Shown: piece after piece, positions 21,474 through 32,973 of the stretch
Numbering within the stretch: the stretch's first letter is position 1
Layout of the letters: every line of letters begins with the position of its first letter
From: an uncultured virus (IMG/VR IMGVR_UViG_3300039099_000002)
Taxonomy: Duplodnaviria; Heunggongvirae; Uroviricota; Caudoviricetes
Reading direction: 5' to 3' (one strand)
Length of the DNA: 64,000 nucleotides
IMG/VR virus record: IMGVR_UViG_3300039099_000002
Program-made: the position numbers and the translations under genes
Notes under the pieces: model-generated
What the model saw: only the letters and a program-made list of their open reading frames with translations
Databases searched by the model: none
Told to the model about the DNA's origin: nothing

Positions 21474-22268
21474 TTAATACATAAACTTGTTGCTGTTTTC
21501 AAATTTTGCCCGATAAATCGAGATATCAGTCCATCTTGTTAGTGGCGCAGAGCTACCACTAACAATCAACTCATTGGACTGCTGAAGAAACCAATCAGTG
21601 TTTACCTCAAAGCCAAAATGCTGAGAGGGAATATTCAGTTTTTCCGTGATATAGGCGACAGTTTTGCGCTGTAACCTGATCAAATTATCAACTGCACCAT
21701 AATTAAGCTTATTTAAAATTCCCCTGCCACCAGCAACGTGCAAAAATTCATCCTTTGCAATCATTTCGCTAACCCACAACAAGGAATGTCCGCCCAGCCG
21801 CAGAAGTATTGGCAGCGAACAGCCAAGGAACACGCCAACCTCTAAAGTTGATGACTTTTGCAAAGGATGCCCTCCCGCGCTTTTCCACTCTTCATTAATT
21901 AGTGCAGCCTCATTCCGATGCCAATCGGACACCGGATATGTTTGTAAAGCGTATTTAATTTGATGTGCGTGAACCGCCTCATCTTTTATAAATGCCTTGA
22001 GAAGTTTCCCAACAATTCCGTCCGTGGTTTTTTCATCAAGCTTCCTGATAAATTCACCAATATATGCACCAACCTCAACTTCTAGTACGTCTGCCAAAGA
22101 TAGCACCCTAGAAATTGTTTCAGAGATTCCAAAATCACCACCAAAGGTATATTCGTGCGCGTCGAGTTCTTGCGGTGTCCAGAAGTGCGGTGACCCATTT
22201 TCCTTGCATTTAAAATCATACAGATTTTGTAAACTTACACTATTCTTTTGCTGAGTTAAATTCATCAT
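21474..22268 (-). CDS. nrdB: Ribonucleotide reductase small (beta) subunit, ferritin-like, cyanophage type
   Basis: Metal ligands E...DEAVH...E...DEFLH; adjacent to the alpha subunit. Confidence 0.75.
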   Translation of the reverse strand: MMNLTQQKNSVSLQNLYDFKCKENGSPHFWTPQELDAHEYTFGGDFGISETISRVLSLADVLEVEVGAYIGEFIRKLDEKTTDGIVGKLLKAFIKDEAVHAHQIKYALQTYPVSDWHRNEAALINEEWKSAGGHPLQKSSTLEVGVFLGCSLPILLRLGGHSLLWVSEMIAKDEFLHVAGGRGILNKLNYGAVDNLIRLQRKTVAYITEKLNIPSQHFGFEVNTDWFLQQSNELIVSGSSAPLTRWTDISIYRAKFENSNKFMY

Positions 22269-22301
22269 TTTGTATCCGTGAGTTTCGTGTTTAAAAAATA
22301 A

Positions 22302-24062
22302 TTAGCCTTCGCCGCAAACCATACAAATTTCCTCTTCGCATTGGGCTGTCATTGCAATACCCTTATTTAAATACTCCTGATTTACACTATCTGCCATTTG
22401 ATAGTATGTTGTTGGCAATGGCGATCGCAATGTAAAATCCTCAAACCAGTCTTTGTCTATTCTACGGTGAATATCAAAACTACCCGCATGAGCCAGTCCA
22501 GTGTATTCAGCGAGAAGTTGAAATTCCTCCCACAAAAGCTGAATAGTATCATGCCCAACCTCGGACATAACCTCAACATCTCCATGCTCTGTAATTGCAT
22601 CTCCGTATACTTCTGATGCACGAACTTGTGTGCGAGAGTATGGTGGATTTATATTTCTGCAAGTTGTAAACCCATCAATATCCTTGTAATCCAAATAGAC
22701 ACGCTGGTTTGGTTCAATACTATAAATTCTTTCTAAATTAAATTCTCCGCCTATCTCAGCCCCCTTTTCATAAGCAGTTTTAAGCCATGACGCAATTTCT
22801 ACTCCCTTATAGCTGCCACCATTATCAAGATATTTGATAGTATCATTCAATCTTAACGCTCTCATGCTGTTGGCGCACTCTAGATAGGTTACGCCCTGCC
22901 TTCTTAGGAAATTAGCCCAACCTAACCAACCAACAGCAATCTGCCTGTCCTCGTTTGCCGGCAGATATAATTCTGGGTTTGCATTAACAGCATCTCGCCA
23001 AGAATAGTGAATTAAAGCAAGCAACTTGACAACGGCACATAATGCCTCTGGCAAATCTTCGGGCTTTTCAATTTGCCCAGCATTTACTGGGGACACCAAA
23101 CAAGAAGCCTTATCTTCTAAATAAATACCCATACAGACATTGGCATACAGACCAGGTGCTTTTATTTTTTCTAGCATCAAGGACTCGTTGTTAACTTTTT
23201 CTATCACCAAGTTCACCAATTTGGTGTTTGAAAATATCTCCGAAGAGTATCGGAGACCTTTTTTACTTCCGCCCAAAATTTTGCTTAATGGATAATTTAA
23301 ATACTCTTCAATATCTGGATTTGTGTAATCCATCGCGGTTGTTACAATCCCGCCCCGTTTTTTTGTCGTCCCACCACGAGCTAGAACTTTACAGATACCA
23401 TTTAAAAGCTGTAAAACGCTACCAACGTCGCCACTCTCAATACATTTAGCCAGCCACCGATATATTTCTATAAACCCTGTGTCTGTGCTGCCAAGCCCAA
23501 AAATACCCGTGCTGACAGTTTTGGTAGAGGTCTGCTCCCCAGCCTGTCTAATTGCAGACAAATCCAAAAATATTTGTTTGCCTAGCAAGGCTGCATCAAT
23601 AAAAGATCTCCAACTACCCTCAATTGAATCCATATCGTCACCGACAAAAATAATTGCAACATTTTTGTCGGAAGACATATTTTGCTTCTCTAAAATTTCT
23701 CCCCATTTTTGCTTATCTACATATACCTCCTTGTTCTCTTGAGACATTTTATCAATGTCTGGATGGCTTGGATCACAGTAAAAATTCCAAACTATAGGGA
23801 CAGCTTCCCAAAACACAACCTTTTCAGCACCAAACTGAATTTTAACTCCTGCACCTTTGCGGATGTAATATGATATTGCACTTACCATCGCGCCTAGACC
23901 TATTTTTTTGTCCCAAACACGAAGCATACAACTAGGGGCGTTAGTTTTATACTCTGGATTTAAAATAAAATCTTTAATTCTGCCTGTTGGGGCAACGTAC
24001 TGAGAGTCAAGCAGGGATTGAATTTCTGGCGAAACTCTTGTAGCATTTTTTGTGTCTGTCAT
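22302..24062 (-). CDS. nrdA: Ribonucleotide reductase large (alpha) subunit, cyanophage-like
   Basis: ARGG...GG, ANVCMGIYL...SCL, DRQIAVGWLGWAN, IEP and C-terminal CEEEICMVC; probable start ATG 24062. Confidence 0.8.
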   Translation of the reverse strand: MTDTKNATRVSPEIQSLLDSQYVAPTGRIKDFILNPEYKTNAPSCMLRVWDKKIGLGAMVSAISYYIRKGAGVKIQFGAEKVVFWEAVPIVWNFYCDPSHPDIDKMSQENKEVYVDKQKWGEILEKQNMSSDKNVAIIFVGDDMDSIEGSWRSFIDAALLGKQIFLDLSAIRQAGEQTSTKTVSTGIFGLGSTDTGFIEIYRWLAKCIESGDVGSVLQLLNGICKVLARGGTTKKRGGIVTTAMDYTNPDIEEYLNYPLSKILGGSKKGLRYSSEIFSNTKLVNLVIEKVNNESLMLEKIKAPGLYANVCMGIYLEDKASCLVSPVNAGQIEKPEDLPEALCAVVKLLALIHYSWRDAVNANPELYLPANEDRQIAVGWLGWANFLRRQGVTYLECANSMRALRLNDTIKYLDNGGSYKGVEIASWLKTAYEKGAEIGGEFNLERIYSIEPNQRVYLDYKDIDGFTTCRNINPPYSRTQVRASEVYGDAITEHGDVEVMSEVGHDTIQLLWEEFQLLAEYTGLAHAGSFDIHRRIDKDWFEDFTLRSPLPTTYYQMADSVNQEYLNKGIAMTAQCEEEICMVCGEG

Positions 24063-24240
24063 TGGAATTGAAAAATGGTTATCAAACAATTATATTGTAA
24101 AATTGAAAATTTATTTTTAAGGACTTCAAAAACCAAAGCGAAGATTCACTATATATTTTTTGAAAAATATATAGTGAATCTTCTATAAAAATGGAATAAT
24201 ATTATTTTGTAGCTCAATTATACGACCAAAGGAGAAAATA

Positions 24241-25086
24241 ATGCTAACAGATGCTGAAACAGAACAAAGCGAAGAGGTACAAAGCGAAGAGGCAAAAGAC
24301 GAATTACTTACAGAAGAGTGGAGTGAATTATTGCGGAAAAAAAACCACAAAACAAAAATAGCTACGACAATTTCACAAATTATTAATGATCCACATTTTC
24401 CAGAAAAAAGGATAGAAGGAGCTTATCCCGATCTTAAAGATAGTGAGGTAGAAATTAAATATCAAACTTTTGCGAAAAAATGGTCGGGAATTAGGCAAGA
24501 AAAAAAATATGGGAGAACAACTGTCCCGCCAAGTGAGGCAAAAGGTTTAACCCTTGATGATTTTGCGGCATTAACTGGCGACTTTCTTGGGAAGAAAGGA
24601 CTAAACAGGGATGTTATTAATCGCGTTTTACATAGTGGTGACAGCAGTGTTAAAACAAGACACAGAACGGCAAATGAGAAAGCCATTAAAATATTAAGTA
24701 ATTTTACAAAAGATTACACTTTCGATCAAATTCTGAATATGGCTAAAGAGGCGATCGCTGAATCCAAAAAAAATGAAGCCGAAAGAATAAACAATCCGCA
24801 TGAAACTGATCCAATAGAATATCCAATAAAAGAATCTGGATTAAAGCTGCGCGATGTAGTTAACAGATACATAAAAAGACATGGACATGATCACCTACTT
24901 TCTGAAATTATGAAAATTTCAGGATACGAAGAGGAGTCAAAAGCTAAAGCTCTCGCTTTTAATTTGTTGTCTGGGTCTGATCCACATATTGCGACCGTTG
25001 TCATCCTCTCACGAGAGATGGAAATACCAGGAGAAAAAATGATCGAAATTGTTAGGAGGTCTTTTATGCCAAACATTAATATATAA
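24241..25086 (+). CDS. Hypothetical protein, possibly HTH DNA-binding
   Basis: 281-aa ORF preceded by aggag; LTLDDFAALTG...RDVINRV resembles an HTH. Confidence 0.6.
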   Translation: MLTDAETEQSEEVQSEEAKDELLTEEWSELLRKKNHKTKIATTISQIINDPHFPEKRIEGAYPDLKDSEVEIKYQTFAKKWSGIRQEKKYGRTTVPPSEAKGLTLDDFAALTGDFLGKKGLNRDVINRVLHSGDSSVKTRHRTANEKAIKILSNFTKDYTFDQILNMAKEAIAESKKNEAERINNPHETDPIEYPIKESGLKLRDVVNRYIKRHGHDHLLSEIMKISGYEEESKAKALAFNLLSGSDPHIATVVILSREMEIPGEKMIEIVRRSFMPNINI

Positions 25087-25228
25087 ACATTATTTATATA
25101 ATAACATATATTTTGCCGTATAAAATATATGTTATTAGTTTATTTATCTTGCCAAATCCAAATATTGCTGCTATTATAGAAATGTGGAGACACACACAAA
25201 AACAAAACTCAAAAAACGCACAAAAAAT

Positions 25229-26254
25229 ATGGTTGCCTCAAATACAGCAATAAACACAGCAGCAGCAGAAAATGAATTTGGATTTGACGAATCATTCGAG
25301 AGTAAGAGAAATGAAGGTCATCCCTTTGCTCAACTAATAAACCCATCTATGCCTATCTCAGACGAAGAAGGCAATTCAAGACTTCAACCATACGGACTTG
25401 CAATACGGCTAGACAACGCAGAAAAGGTTGGATTGACGAGCACGAGCCTAACAGAGAATGGCTGGGAAGAAGTGGACTATAAGTTCACTAGTGGATCAGA
25501 AAAACTCTGGATGACTCGGAAACCGCGCTTTGTTATAGTAAAGAAAACACCAGTCTTTGTGCTTGACAAAAGTACCAAGCGGACTGTTGGAAAATTTGAT
25601 GAAAAGGTGTACAACAACCTGCTTCACAAGACTTTCACTGAAGCATTCATTCTAATACTCGGCAAGAACAACGAATTGCTTCATTCAATCCCAGAGGGTG
25701 ACGAATTTGATCCAGAATCCGAAGAAGCCTTACCAATGCCCTTAAAAATAAAATTAGGTGGCGCAGGGGGAACGAGGTTTGGGGTCTCTTACAAATCATA
25801 CGACAAAGAACTGAAGCTTGAGAAAGGCTTTATAGCTGAACTAGAACTTGCCTACGCCCAACTTCGTGGCGAAAAGAAACCCAAGAAAATGAACTCAATC
25901 TGGTACGCACACGGCATCTTTGCGCCGACAATTACTAGCAAACCAGCGGGGACACCCCCAAACGTAAAGGATGTGTGCGACTTTTCAAAATATGAAGTCC
26001 CTACCCCAGAAAAATTGGGGCAGAATCTAATCAAAGCCAAAACCGAGCTATCAAAGCTTATAATTGCGAGCCACAATAAGTACGAGCAATACACTCCGAA
26101 AATAGGATCAACAAATCTAGACATCTTAGATGATGTCGAAGAGTTTGGTACTGCAACATCTGGGCGACCGAAAGTCCCAGCATCTGCATACATGGCTGGC
26201 ACACAAGTAACAGCAAAAATTGAAGTAAGCGATGCTGATATGCCTCCATACTAA
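25229..26254 (+). CDS. DUF5895-like protein of cyanobacterial plasmids (possible ssDNA-binding or annealing protein)
   Basis: PFAQLINP...QPYGLAIRLDNAEKVG; acidic tail ending DADMPPY; probable start ATG 25229. Confidence 0.65.
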   Translation: MVASNTAINTAAAENEFGFDESFESKRNEGHPFAQLINPSMPISDEEGNSRLQPYGLAIRLDNAEKVGLTSTSLTENGWEEVDYKFTSGSEKLWMTRKPRFVIVKKTPVFVLDKSTKRTVGKFDEKVYNNLLHKTFTEAFILILGKNNELLHSIPEGDEFDPESEEALPMPLKIKLGGAGGTRFGVSYKSYDKELKLEKGFIAELELAYAQLRGEKKPKKMNSIWYAHGIFAPTITSKPAGTPPNVKDVCDFSKYEVPTPEKLGQNLIKAKTELSKLIIASHNKYEQYTPKIGSTNLDILDDVEEFGTATSGRPKVPASAYMAGTQVTAKIEVSDADMPPY

Positions 26255-26466
26255 AGGCTAAACCAAAAGTGCCAAGGTTATGTTGTATAACCCTGGCACT
26301 AAAAAAACACAAAAAACACAAATACAGCAAAACAAACTTACTGACATCTGGCTTTAATTAACTATATCAATAATCCACCAAGAAAGCTATAACCACAGCA
26401 GGATTTTTAGATATAAAATTGTGCGTTTGCACGATAAACACAAAAACCAAAACACAAACAAAAACA

Positions 26467-27969
26467 ATGACTATATTACCAAACTCAATTGCTGAGTTAA
26501 GCGAATCAGATTTTAGCCTACCAAAATACACTTCTCCAGTAGAAAGACTTGTTAGCCCTAATGGTATGCTCCTAACAAAAGAGCAAACATCTGCGGTAGA
26601 GGTTCTTGTGAACTGGGCTATCCAGGCAATGGTTATCCCCAGAGAAGTCCCTGTCCGAGACAGATCAATTAGGCTTGAAGGCGTTCCTGGGGCTGGAAAA
26701 TCAACGATCATAATGACCTTCGTAAGAGAACTTACGAATATAAAAAAGTGTGTAATTGCTGCCACAGCACCAACGCACAAAGCGAAGCGTGTCCTGATAG
26801 ACCTCGCGGTTGAAAATGCGATGTGGGATTTGAAAATCTCAACACTACAGTCCCAGCTAGGTCTTAAAACAGCCCTTGATGACATGGGCGAGGACGAATT
26901 TTTCTTTGACAACCGCAAACGCAAGATTCAAGAAAACGATATTGTCCTCGCGGACGAGGGGTCAATGATCAACCCAACGCAATGGTCATACCTGAACAAC
27001 ATCCCCGACTGCCCACCAATGATAATTTCGTGCGATCGCAGCCAACTAAAACCTGTAGAATCAAGCGAGAAGTCACCAATATTCTTTGAAGTTAAGCGTG
27101 CAGTCTTCTTAACTAAAGCAATGCGTTACACAGGCGTAATAGGTGAGTATGTCGAAGCATTGCGGAAGAGCAAGACATTTGTAAATCCCATACCATTTGC
27201 GGATGGGGAGAATTTGATTGTATGCAACAGAGACAAATGGCTTAATATGCTTGTTGACGAATTTTCCAACAACGAGACACCAAGTGCAAGAGCTTTGGCA
27301 TTCACAAACAAGGGTGTTAAGTTTGTAAATAATTTTGTTCACTACGAATCAGGATTGAGAAAACACAATCTTAGTTATGCTGGGGTAAATGCACCAATAG
27401 TCGAAATACCCCAATACGAAAACGGTATCTACATCATATTTAAAAAAGCCATCAATGAGTGGGATAAACTAGAAGGCAAGCGCGTTGTGCGCGTTCACAA
27501 CAGTACCGAAGCAAAAATAACGGAAGCGTACAAGACGGTTCACAATGATTACAATGCTTGGTTTCTAAGCATGGAGTGGTACGATGTTACTGTTCATGGG
27601 CATATTATCCCTATGTCGTACCAGGGATACTGCTTGGATGACTCAAGCATGAAAAACTTTAACGGCGACTTAGAGGTTCTCAGGCAGCAGATATCAGAAT
27701 ATCTCCACGTTGAATACAGCCCAATAAAAACGGCTTTGAAAAGGGATATAGCCAGACATAGGGATATGTTCATAAATTGGGACAAGGGCGAGTTGTCAGC
27801 CCTCACATATACCTACGCTTCCACAATTCACACTGCCCAAGGAAGTGGATGGAAGTCTGCTTACGCTTTACTCCCAGATATCGTCAAATGTAGCGATGGC
27901 TCGACACTACAGGAATTGATATATACCTGCATGACAAGAGCAAAAGAGAAACTAATTGTAATGATTTAA
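26467..27969 (+). CDS. RecD/Dda-like SF1B helicase
   Basis: GVPGAGKS, TAPTHKA, DEGSM, DRSQL, AFTNK, YASTIHTAQGS and YTCMTRA motifs. Confidence 0.9.
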   Translation: MTILPNSIAELSESDFSLPKYTSPVERLVSPNGMLLTKEQTSAVEVLVNWAIQAMVIPREVPVRDRSIRLEGVPGAGKSTIIMTFVRELTNIKKCVIAATAPTHKAKRVLIDLAVENAMWDLKISTLQSQLGLKTALDDMGEDEFFFDNRKRKIQENDIVLADEGSMINPTQWSYLNNIPDCPPMIISCDRSQLKPVESSEKSPIFFEVKRAVFLTKAMRYTGVIGEYVEALRKSKTFVNPIPFADGENLIVCNRDKWLNMLVDEFSNNETPSARALAFTNKGVKFVNNFVHYESGLRKHNLSYAGVNAPIVEIPQYENGIYIIFKKAINEWDKLEGKRVVRVHNSTEAKITEAYKTVHNDYNAWFLSMEWYDVTVHGHIIPMSYQGYCLDDSSMKNFNGDLEVLRQQISEYLHVEYSPIKTALKRDIARHRDMFINWDKGELSALTYTYASTIHTAQGSGWKSAYALLPDIVKCSDGSTLQELIYTCMTRAKEKLIVMI

Positions 27970-28055
27970 AGCTATTCTACACAGTGCCTTTGTCTGGGCT
28001 GTGTAGAATATTTTGTTTTGTTAATTTTATCTTCAAACGTTGACATTAGCTATTC

Positions 28056-28439
28056 TTAATTAAGCTCTAGTTCTTCGTCTTGTTTGTATGAATCTGGCTT
28101 AGATGCTAAAAGTGATAGTAAAATCTCCCTATTTTCCTCAAAAGCAGCCGACAAATTGCGGCCAGGAGCGAAATATGGGACTATTTTTTGAGGGACATTA
28201 ACTTTCTCTTGGGTTTTTGGATTTTTACAGACTTTACCCTCGGTAAATTTATGATCAAAACTTCCAAACCCATGAATAGTAACTGTATTTCCTGCGGACA
28301 ACTCCGCAATAAATGCACTAAAAATTTCATCAAAAACTAGCTTAACTGTAGTTTGAGGTAGTTTCGTACTTTTTGCAACGTTTGAAATTATACGCGATTT
28401 AGAAACCTTGCCCACGCCTAACTTTTTCTTTCTTGGCAT
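28056..28439 (-). CDS. HU/IHF-family DNA-binding protein
   Basis: VTIHGFGSF...KNPKTQEKVNVP...PYFAPGRNL. Confidence 0.9.
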   Translation of the reverse strand: MPRKKKLGVGKVSKSRIISNVAKSTKLPQTTVKLVFDEIFSAFIAELSAGNTVTIHGFGSFDHKFTEGKVCKNPKTQEKVNVPQKIVPYFAPGRNLSAAFEENREILLSLLASKPDSYKQDEELELN

Positions 28440-28791
28440 ACTGATAGAGTTCGCAACATTAATGCGATATTGTTTTAGTCAATAATAATAATAGCATATA
28501 TATCAAGTTAATATCGGTAATCGCTGAAGCCCGCCTATAAAACAATTTCAAAAAATTACTTTGTAATCATTGTATTACATTGACTATTTTGCCCAAAAGT
28601 GTGGTTTAATAGAATTGTTATATAAAATAAACATGAATATGGTTTTATACAGCAGAACATTCAAAGCAAAAACACAAAAAAAAGAAACAAACATGAAAAG
28701 CACAACTACACACCATCAGTAAATCTCATCACCATTATTAAATCTTGCTAAACACTACAAAAAACACAAAGCACAAAAAAAGTAGAAAAAT

Positions 28792-31700
28792 ATGGGGAAC
28801 TTTACTAGCATCGGCAAAAACTGCCCAATATGCAACGGAAGAAAAAAACGCTGCTCCACTTTAAGCGATTCACTTTCGCAAGTAATCCAATATCACTGTA
28901 GAGAAAATATTGAGCTACCAAACTACAAAAATCTCGGTCTTTCATCCATCGGCTTCTATATGTATAGTCCGATAGATATTGATGGCGAACAAAATCAATA
29001 CAAAAACACAGAAGAATATATTCCAACAATCTCCCAAGAGGAACGCCAAAAAGCGCGAGAAGTAGCAGAAAAAGAAGCATTTCTTGCTGAGGAATATCAT
29101 AAAAACAGAATTTCACAACAATTAAGCCCAAAACAGAGGCACATTGAGTACGCAAAAATGCTCAAATCAATGAGCATAAGTGACATACATAAAGGACACC
29201 TAAACGGAACAAGAGGTTTTTTACACGAACAAATAGAAATCAATGGATACAGATCGGTTGGCAAATTTGAAGCCGTAGATCCATCTATATCCCCAAAAAC
29301 TCCTGGTATTTTTGTAAACTACCTGGGAGAAACGGTAATAAATTATGGCGGGAGGGGGATTCTCCTTCCTGTACGCGACCTAGATCAAAACATCGTCGCA
29401 TTTCAAATTCGCAATACCGAAACACAGAAAGACAAAAATAAAAGTGGCGAAGACTTCGGCAAGTACCTATGGTCGGGATACCCACAAACACTTAAAACAG
29501 GCGCTGAAAATAAGCGTCTGTTTTATCCAAGCATACATTTACCAGAGAATGGTGAAAAACCTCTTCATATCGCAAATCCGCACAACCTTAAAGATGTTGA
29601 AATGCTATATCTGGCAGAAGGTGTATTAAAGCCAGATATAGCAGCATACAGATTTGAGCAGGCCATTGTAGGTTCTCCTGGCGGATCGTGGTACTCCTCA
29701 CCAGAACAACTTTTTGCAGCTATCAACTACTTTAACACAAGAAATGTTGTTTTGTATGCTGATGCAGGGGCGATTATAAATTCTAATGTGATCACGATCT
29801 ACAATCGGGTCAGACAATTACTTGAGAATGAGGGGATTGACTTTAAAATCGCATGGTGGGGTCAAATTGCGAAAACTGAAAGCAAATTTTTACAAAGTGG
29901 TCCACAATTTTCTGACATTGACGAGCTTGACGGATTCCATCCAGGATTTGGTCACAGTAAGCCAGACTTTGAAAAAATCCAATATCTAACATGGGATCAA
30001 TGGATAGATTTGGCGTATTCAGAAGAAATTATCGCCAAAAGACCCAAAAAAGATTTTAAAACTAATTTTGTAAAAGAATCAGAGGCAAGAGAAAGCCTAC
30101 AGGAACTTATAGATGGCGTAAACGGAACAAAAAACAAGGCGAAATGGTGGGAAAATTACAAAAACCTCACCCAAAGAAAAAAACCAATCTTTGCTGCGGA
30201 AAAACCAGACAACATTGAATTGCCAGTATTTGATCAATCAATTATTGACGATTTTGCATTCGGATCAGAATTTGAGGAAGACAGAAATTTTACCCCAAGG
30301 CAAGATGATGAGAGTGAATCATCTTGCCATGAAGAACAAAAAGGAAAAAATACGGCAGAAAACAATGCCGTAAACTTTGACATATCTGACAAGAAAAAAT
30401 TCAATACCTGGAAGCGCAGAATTGAGTACACACCAACCCATGAGTTCAACGATCCATACGTAAGCATTGATCGCAAAATAGAGGCAAACAGCATCTACAC
30501 AATTAATTCTGGATTAGGGACAGGGAAAACTTGGTGGGCTTTAGAAATGCTCAAAGAAATGGATGCGCCATTCCTCTACGTCACCTTCAGAAATTCCCTT
30601 TGTGAGCAATTCATCGAACAGTGCAAAAAAAGAGGCATTGAATGCTCACACGGGAACGAAAGCGGCTTCAAATACCAAAATGACACACAAGTTTTCCAGG
30701 GCATGGCATTCTGCATTGACTCTTTACACAAGGTTTCCCTACCAAATCTTGACGGCAAAATCATAATCGTGGATGAGTCGTTCAGCACGATACAGGAGAT
30801 GATGACCAAGAAAAGCCTAGAGAAAGGCAGAGTTAGGCTGCTTGAATTTTTCAAGGAATCTCTTAAAAAATGTGCTGCCGCAATCTTCATGGATGGTCAC
30901 TTAACAGACAGCCTTGCTGACTATGTACATCAACTCGCGCCAGAGAAAAAAATAATCAAATACAAAAATAACTTTCAAGGAAGAAAGTTTGATATCACTT
31001 TTGTTAATGGATCTTACGACGACATAGCCAGCGACTATTACACCCAAGAAGAAATAAACGCTGGCACGAGTGAAAACGGCGAGAAAATTAAAATAAAGGT
31101 GCGCGATCGCTCACCTGTTCTAAATGCAATCAACAACTCAATTGGTAATATCTGTATTGCAACAGATAGCTTAAACCAATCAATGTCCCTAAACCAAAGG
31201 CTAAAAGACCAGGGAAGATTCGGGCTTGTTGTAAACAGCATCAGCTACAGGGAAAACTGGCTTTTATGCGCTGCCGATCCAGAGTCATCGGTGCAAAACT
31301 TCATCAAAGATGTAGACGGGTTTATTGAAAAATACAAACTCGAATACCTGATTTACACCCCAACAGCAGAGGCAGGGATAGACATCTCTATCCACAAACG
31401 CATACCTAACTACTTCACTCACCAATACTGCCTATTCTTTAACGTAATTGGTACATTTGGACAATCGCAAATGATCGCTCGATTGCGTGACCCAGAATGC
31501 CCACGAACAGTTTGGCTGTACCCACACCCAATGGGTACAGACTACGAGTACACAGGATGCTCAACCAAAGAGTATAGAAACATATTCCTGACGCAACAAA
31601 AAGCATACTTAATTCAGATGCGAAAGGATGCTGAACTTCAAGGGACACCAATCAACGAAGTACAAATGCTTGTTGAAGCTTCAAAAAAAGTTGTTGAAAC

Positions 31701-32973
31701 AAGCACTTTTGAAGAGATTCACTCAACATTATGCTCCGATTTAATTTTAAAAATTAAATATGAGAAAAGTGAACCTCGCGGGTGCTTGTTAAACATTCTA
31801 AAAAGCTCTGGACATAAAATTTTAGAGGTAGCACTTTTAGAGTCCAAGCAAGCTACAGAACTCAATAAAGAGGCTTCTGATAATTTCAAAAAAGAAGAAT
31901 CCGCAAATATAGCACAAGCAGAGGTGCTAGACTCCAAACAATATGATCTGGAATCGGCAAAAATAAATATATCAAGCGCGACAAGATACAATCTTGAGAA
32001 AACTGGCATCAACTTCATAGTTCCAGGTATTACAGACAAATCTATATGGGATGCAGATTTTGTCTATCACGTAAAATATGGCGACAGGGCATTTTTAAGA
32101 GGGCAAAATAGATTCTACCTCTTCAACAACCAAGATGCCTTGATGAAGTATGAATTGAATAGACATAAAAACAACGTTTCCTATGCAATATTTAGCAACA
32201 AATACGAAAGCGTGACATTTGATGTAAACAATCAATATACACAAATCAGGCTCTTACAGGAAAGCAACATCTCTTGGTTTTTAAATCCAGATAACAATTG
32301 GTATGTAAAAAATGAATGGTTTGATGATTTTAATGGCACAAAATTTATTAATAAAAGCAATGACCCAGTAGCACAAAAAGTATTTGATTTCTTGATATTT
32401 TTCAACAAAAATTTAGAAATTTTTGGTAAGCAATTCCCAATCAAGAAAACAGCAAAATCAAAAAACCCCGCATCGGCAGCCACAAAACAAATCATAAAAA
32501 TTATTCAATGGCTGGGGCTAAAAGTCAAATCCAAGAAATCAAGCGGATTTAAATACTCGATTGATCTGCAATCTTTCAGCCCATATCACCAAGCTTGCCA
32601 AGATTGCCTCAAGGTCAAGTATAGCGATATCAAAGTACAAACAATACCCGACACAATTATTGAGAAGGGAGCGACGGTGTTCAACCTAGAGGTTGAACCC
32701 GCAAAAGAGCCGGACAAAGACTACAAATACACTTATCCATACGAGGTATTTAAGGCTTTAGAGGTGGTATGGCAAGATCAATACAGCATTTACGCCATAC
32801 TCCAACAATCAATGCCAGCGGTAGTTTCTGCACTAGTTTCCATACCCAACAGCTTCTACGGCACGACATCAGCGAACTATCTGAAAGATATCATTACCTG
32901 GGGTAACAAAAATCTAGCGAAGCCTGACGAGAAAGTGACGATAATAGAGAACGAAAAAGTCCCAATTGCTTAA
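28792..32973 (+). CDS. Primase-helicase replication initiator resembling cyanobacterial plasmid CyRepA1 proteins
   Basis: N-terminal CPIC Zn finger; TOPRIM-like LAEGVLKP...YADAG...WWGQ...DIDEL; helicase SGLGTGKT, IIVDE, PTAEAGIDI and QMIARLR. Confidence 0.8.
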   Translation: MGNFTSIGKNCPICNGRKKRCSTLSDSLSQVIQYHCRENIELPNYKNLGLSSIGFYMYSPIDIDGEQNQYKNTEEYIPTISQEERQKAREVAEKEAFLAEEYHKNRISQQLSPKQRHIEYAKMLKSMSISDIHKGHLNGTRGFLHEQIEINGYRSVGKFEAVDPSISPKTPGIFVNYLGETVINYGGRGILLPVRDLDQNIVAFQIRNTETQKDKNKSGEDFGKYLWSGYPQTLKTGAENKRLFYPSIHLPENGEKPLHIANPHNLKDVEMLYLAEGVLKPDIAAYRFEQAIVGSPGGSWYSSPEQLFAAINYFNTRNVVLYADAGAIINSNVITIYNRVRQLLENEGIDFKIAWWGQIAKTESKFLQSGPQFSDIDELDGFHPGFGHSKPDFEKIQYLTWDQWIDLAYSEEIIAKRPKKDFKTNFVKESEARESLQELIDGVNGTKNKAKWWENYKNLTQRKKPIFAAEKPDNIELPVFDQSIIDDFAFGSEFEEDRNFTPRQDDESESSCHEEQKGKNTAENNAVNFDISDKKKFNTWKRRIEYTPTHEFNDPYVSIDRKIEANSIYTINSGLGTGKTWWALEMLKEMDAPFLYVTFRNSLCEQFIEQCKKRGIECSHGNESGFKYQNDTQVFQGMAFCIDSLHKVSLPNLDGKIIIVDESFSTIQEMMTKKSLEKGRVRLLEFFKESLKKCAAAIFMDGHLTDSLADYVHQLAPEKKIIKYKNNFQGRKFDITFVNGSYDDIASDYYTQEEINAGTSENGEKIKIKVRDRSPVLNAINNSIGNICIATDSLNQSMSLNQRLKDQGRFGLVVNSISYRENWLLCAADPESSVQNFIKDVDGFIEKYKLEYLIYTPTAEAGIDISIHKRIPNYFTHQYCLFFNVIGTFGQSQMIARLRDPECPRTVWLYPHPMGTDYEYTGCSTKEYRNIFLTQQKAYLIQMRKDAELQGTPINEVQMLVEASKKVVETSTFEEIHSTLCSDLILKIKYEKSEPRGCLLNILKSSGHKILEVALLESKQATELNKEASDNFKKEESANIAQAEVLDSKQYDLESAKINISSATRYNLEKTGINFIVPGITDKSIWDADFVYHVKYGDRAFLRGQNRFYLFNNQDALMKYELNRHKNNVSYAIFSNKYESVTFDVNNQYTQIRLLQESNISWFLNPDNNWYVKNEWFDDFNGTKFINKSNDPVAQKVFDFLIFFNKNLEIFGKQFPIKKTAKSKNPASAATKQIIKIIQWLGLKVKSKKSSGFKYSIDLQSFSPYHQACQDCLKVKYSDIKVQTIPDTIIEKGATVFNLEVEPAKEPDKDYKYTYPYEVFKALEVVWQDQYSIYAILQQSMPAVVSALVSIPNSFYGTTSANYLKDIITWGNKNLAKPDEKVTIIENEKVPIA

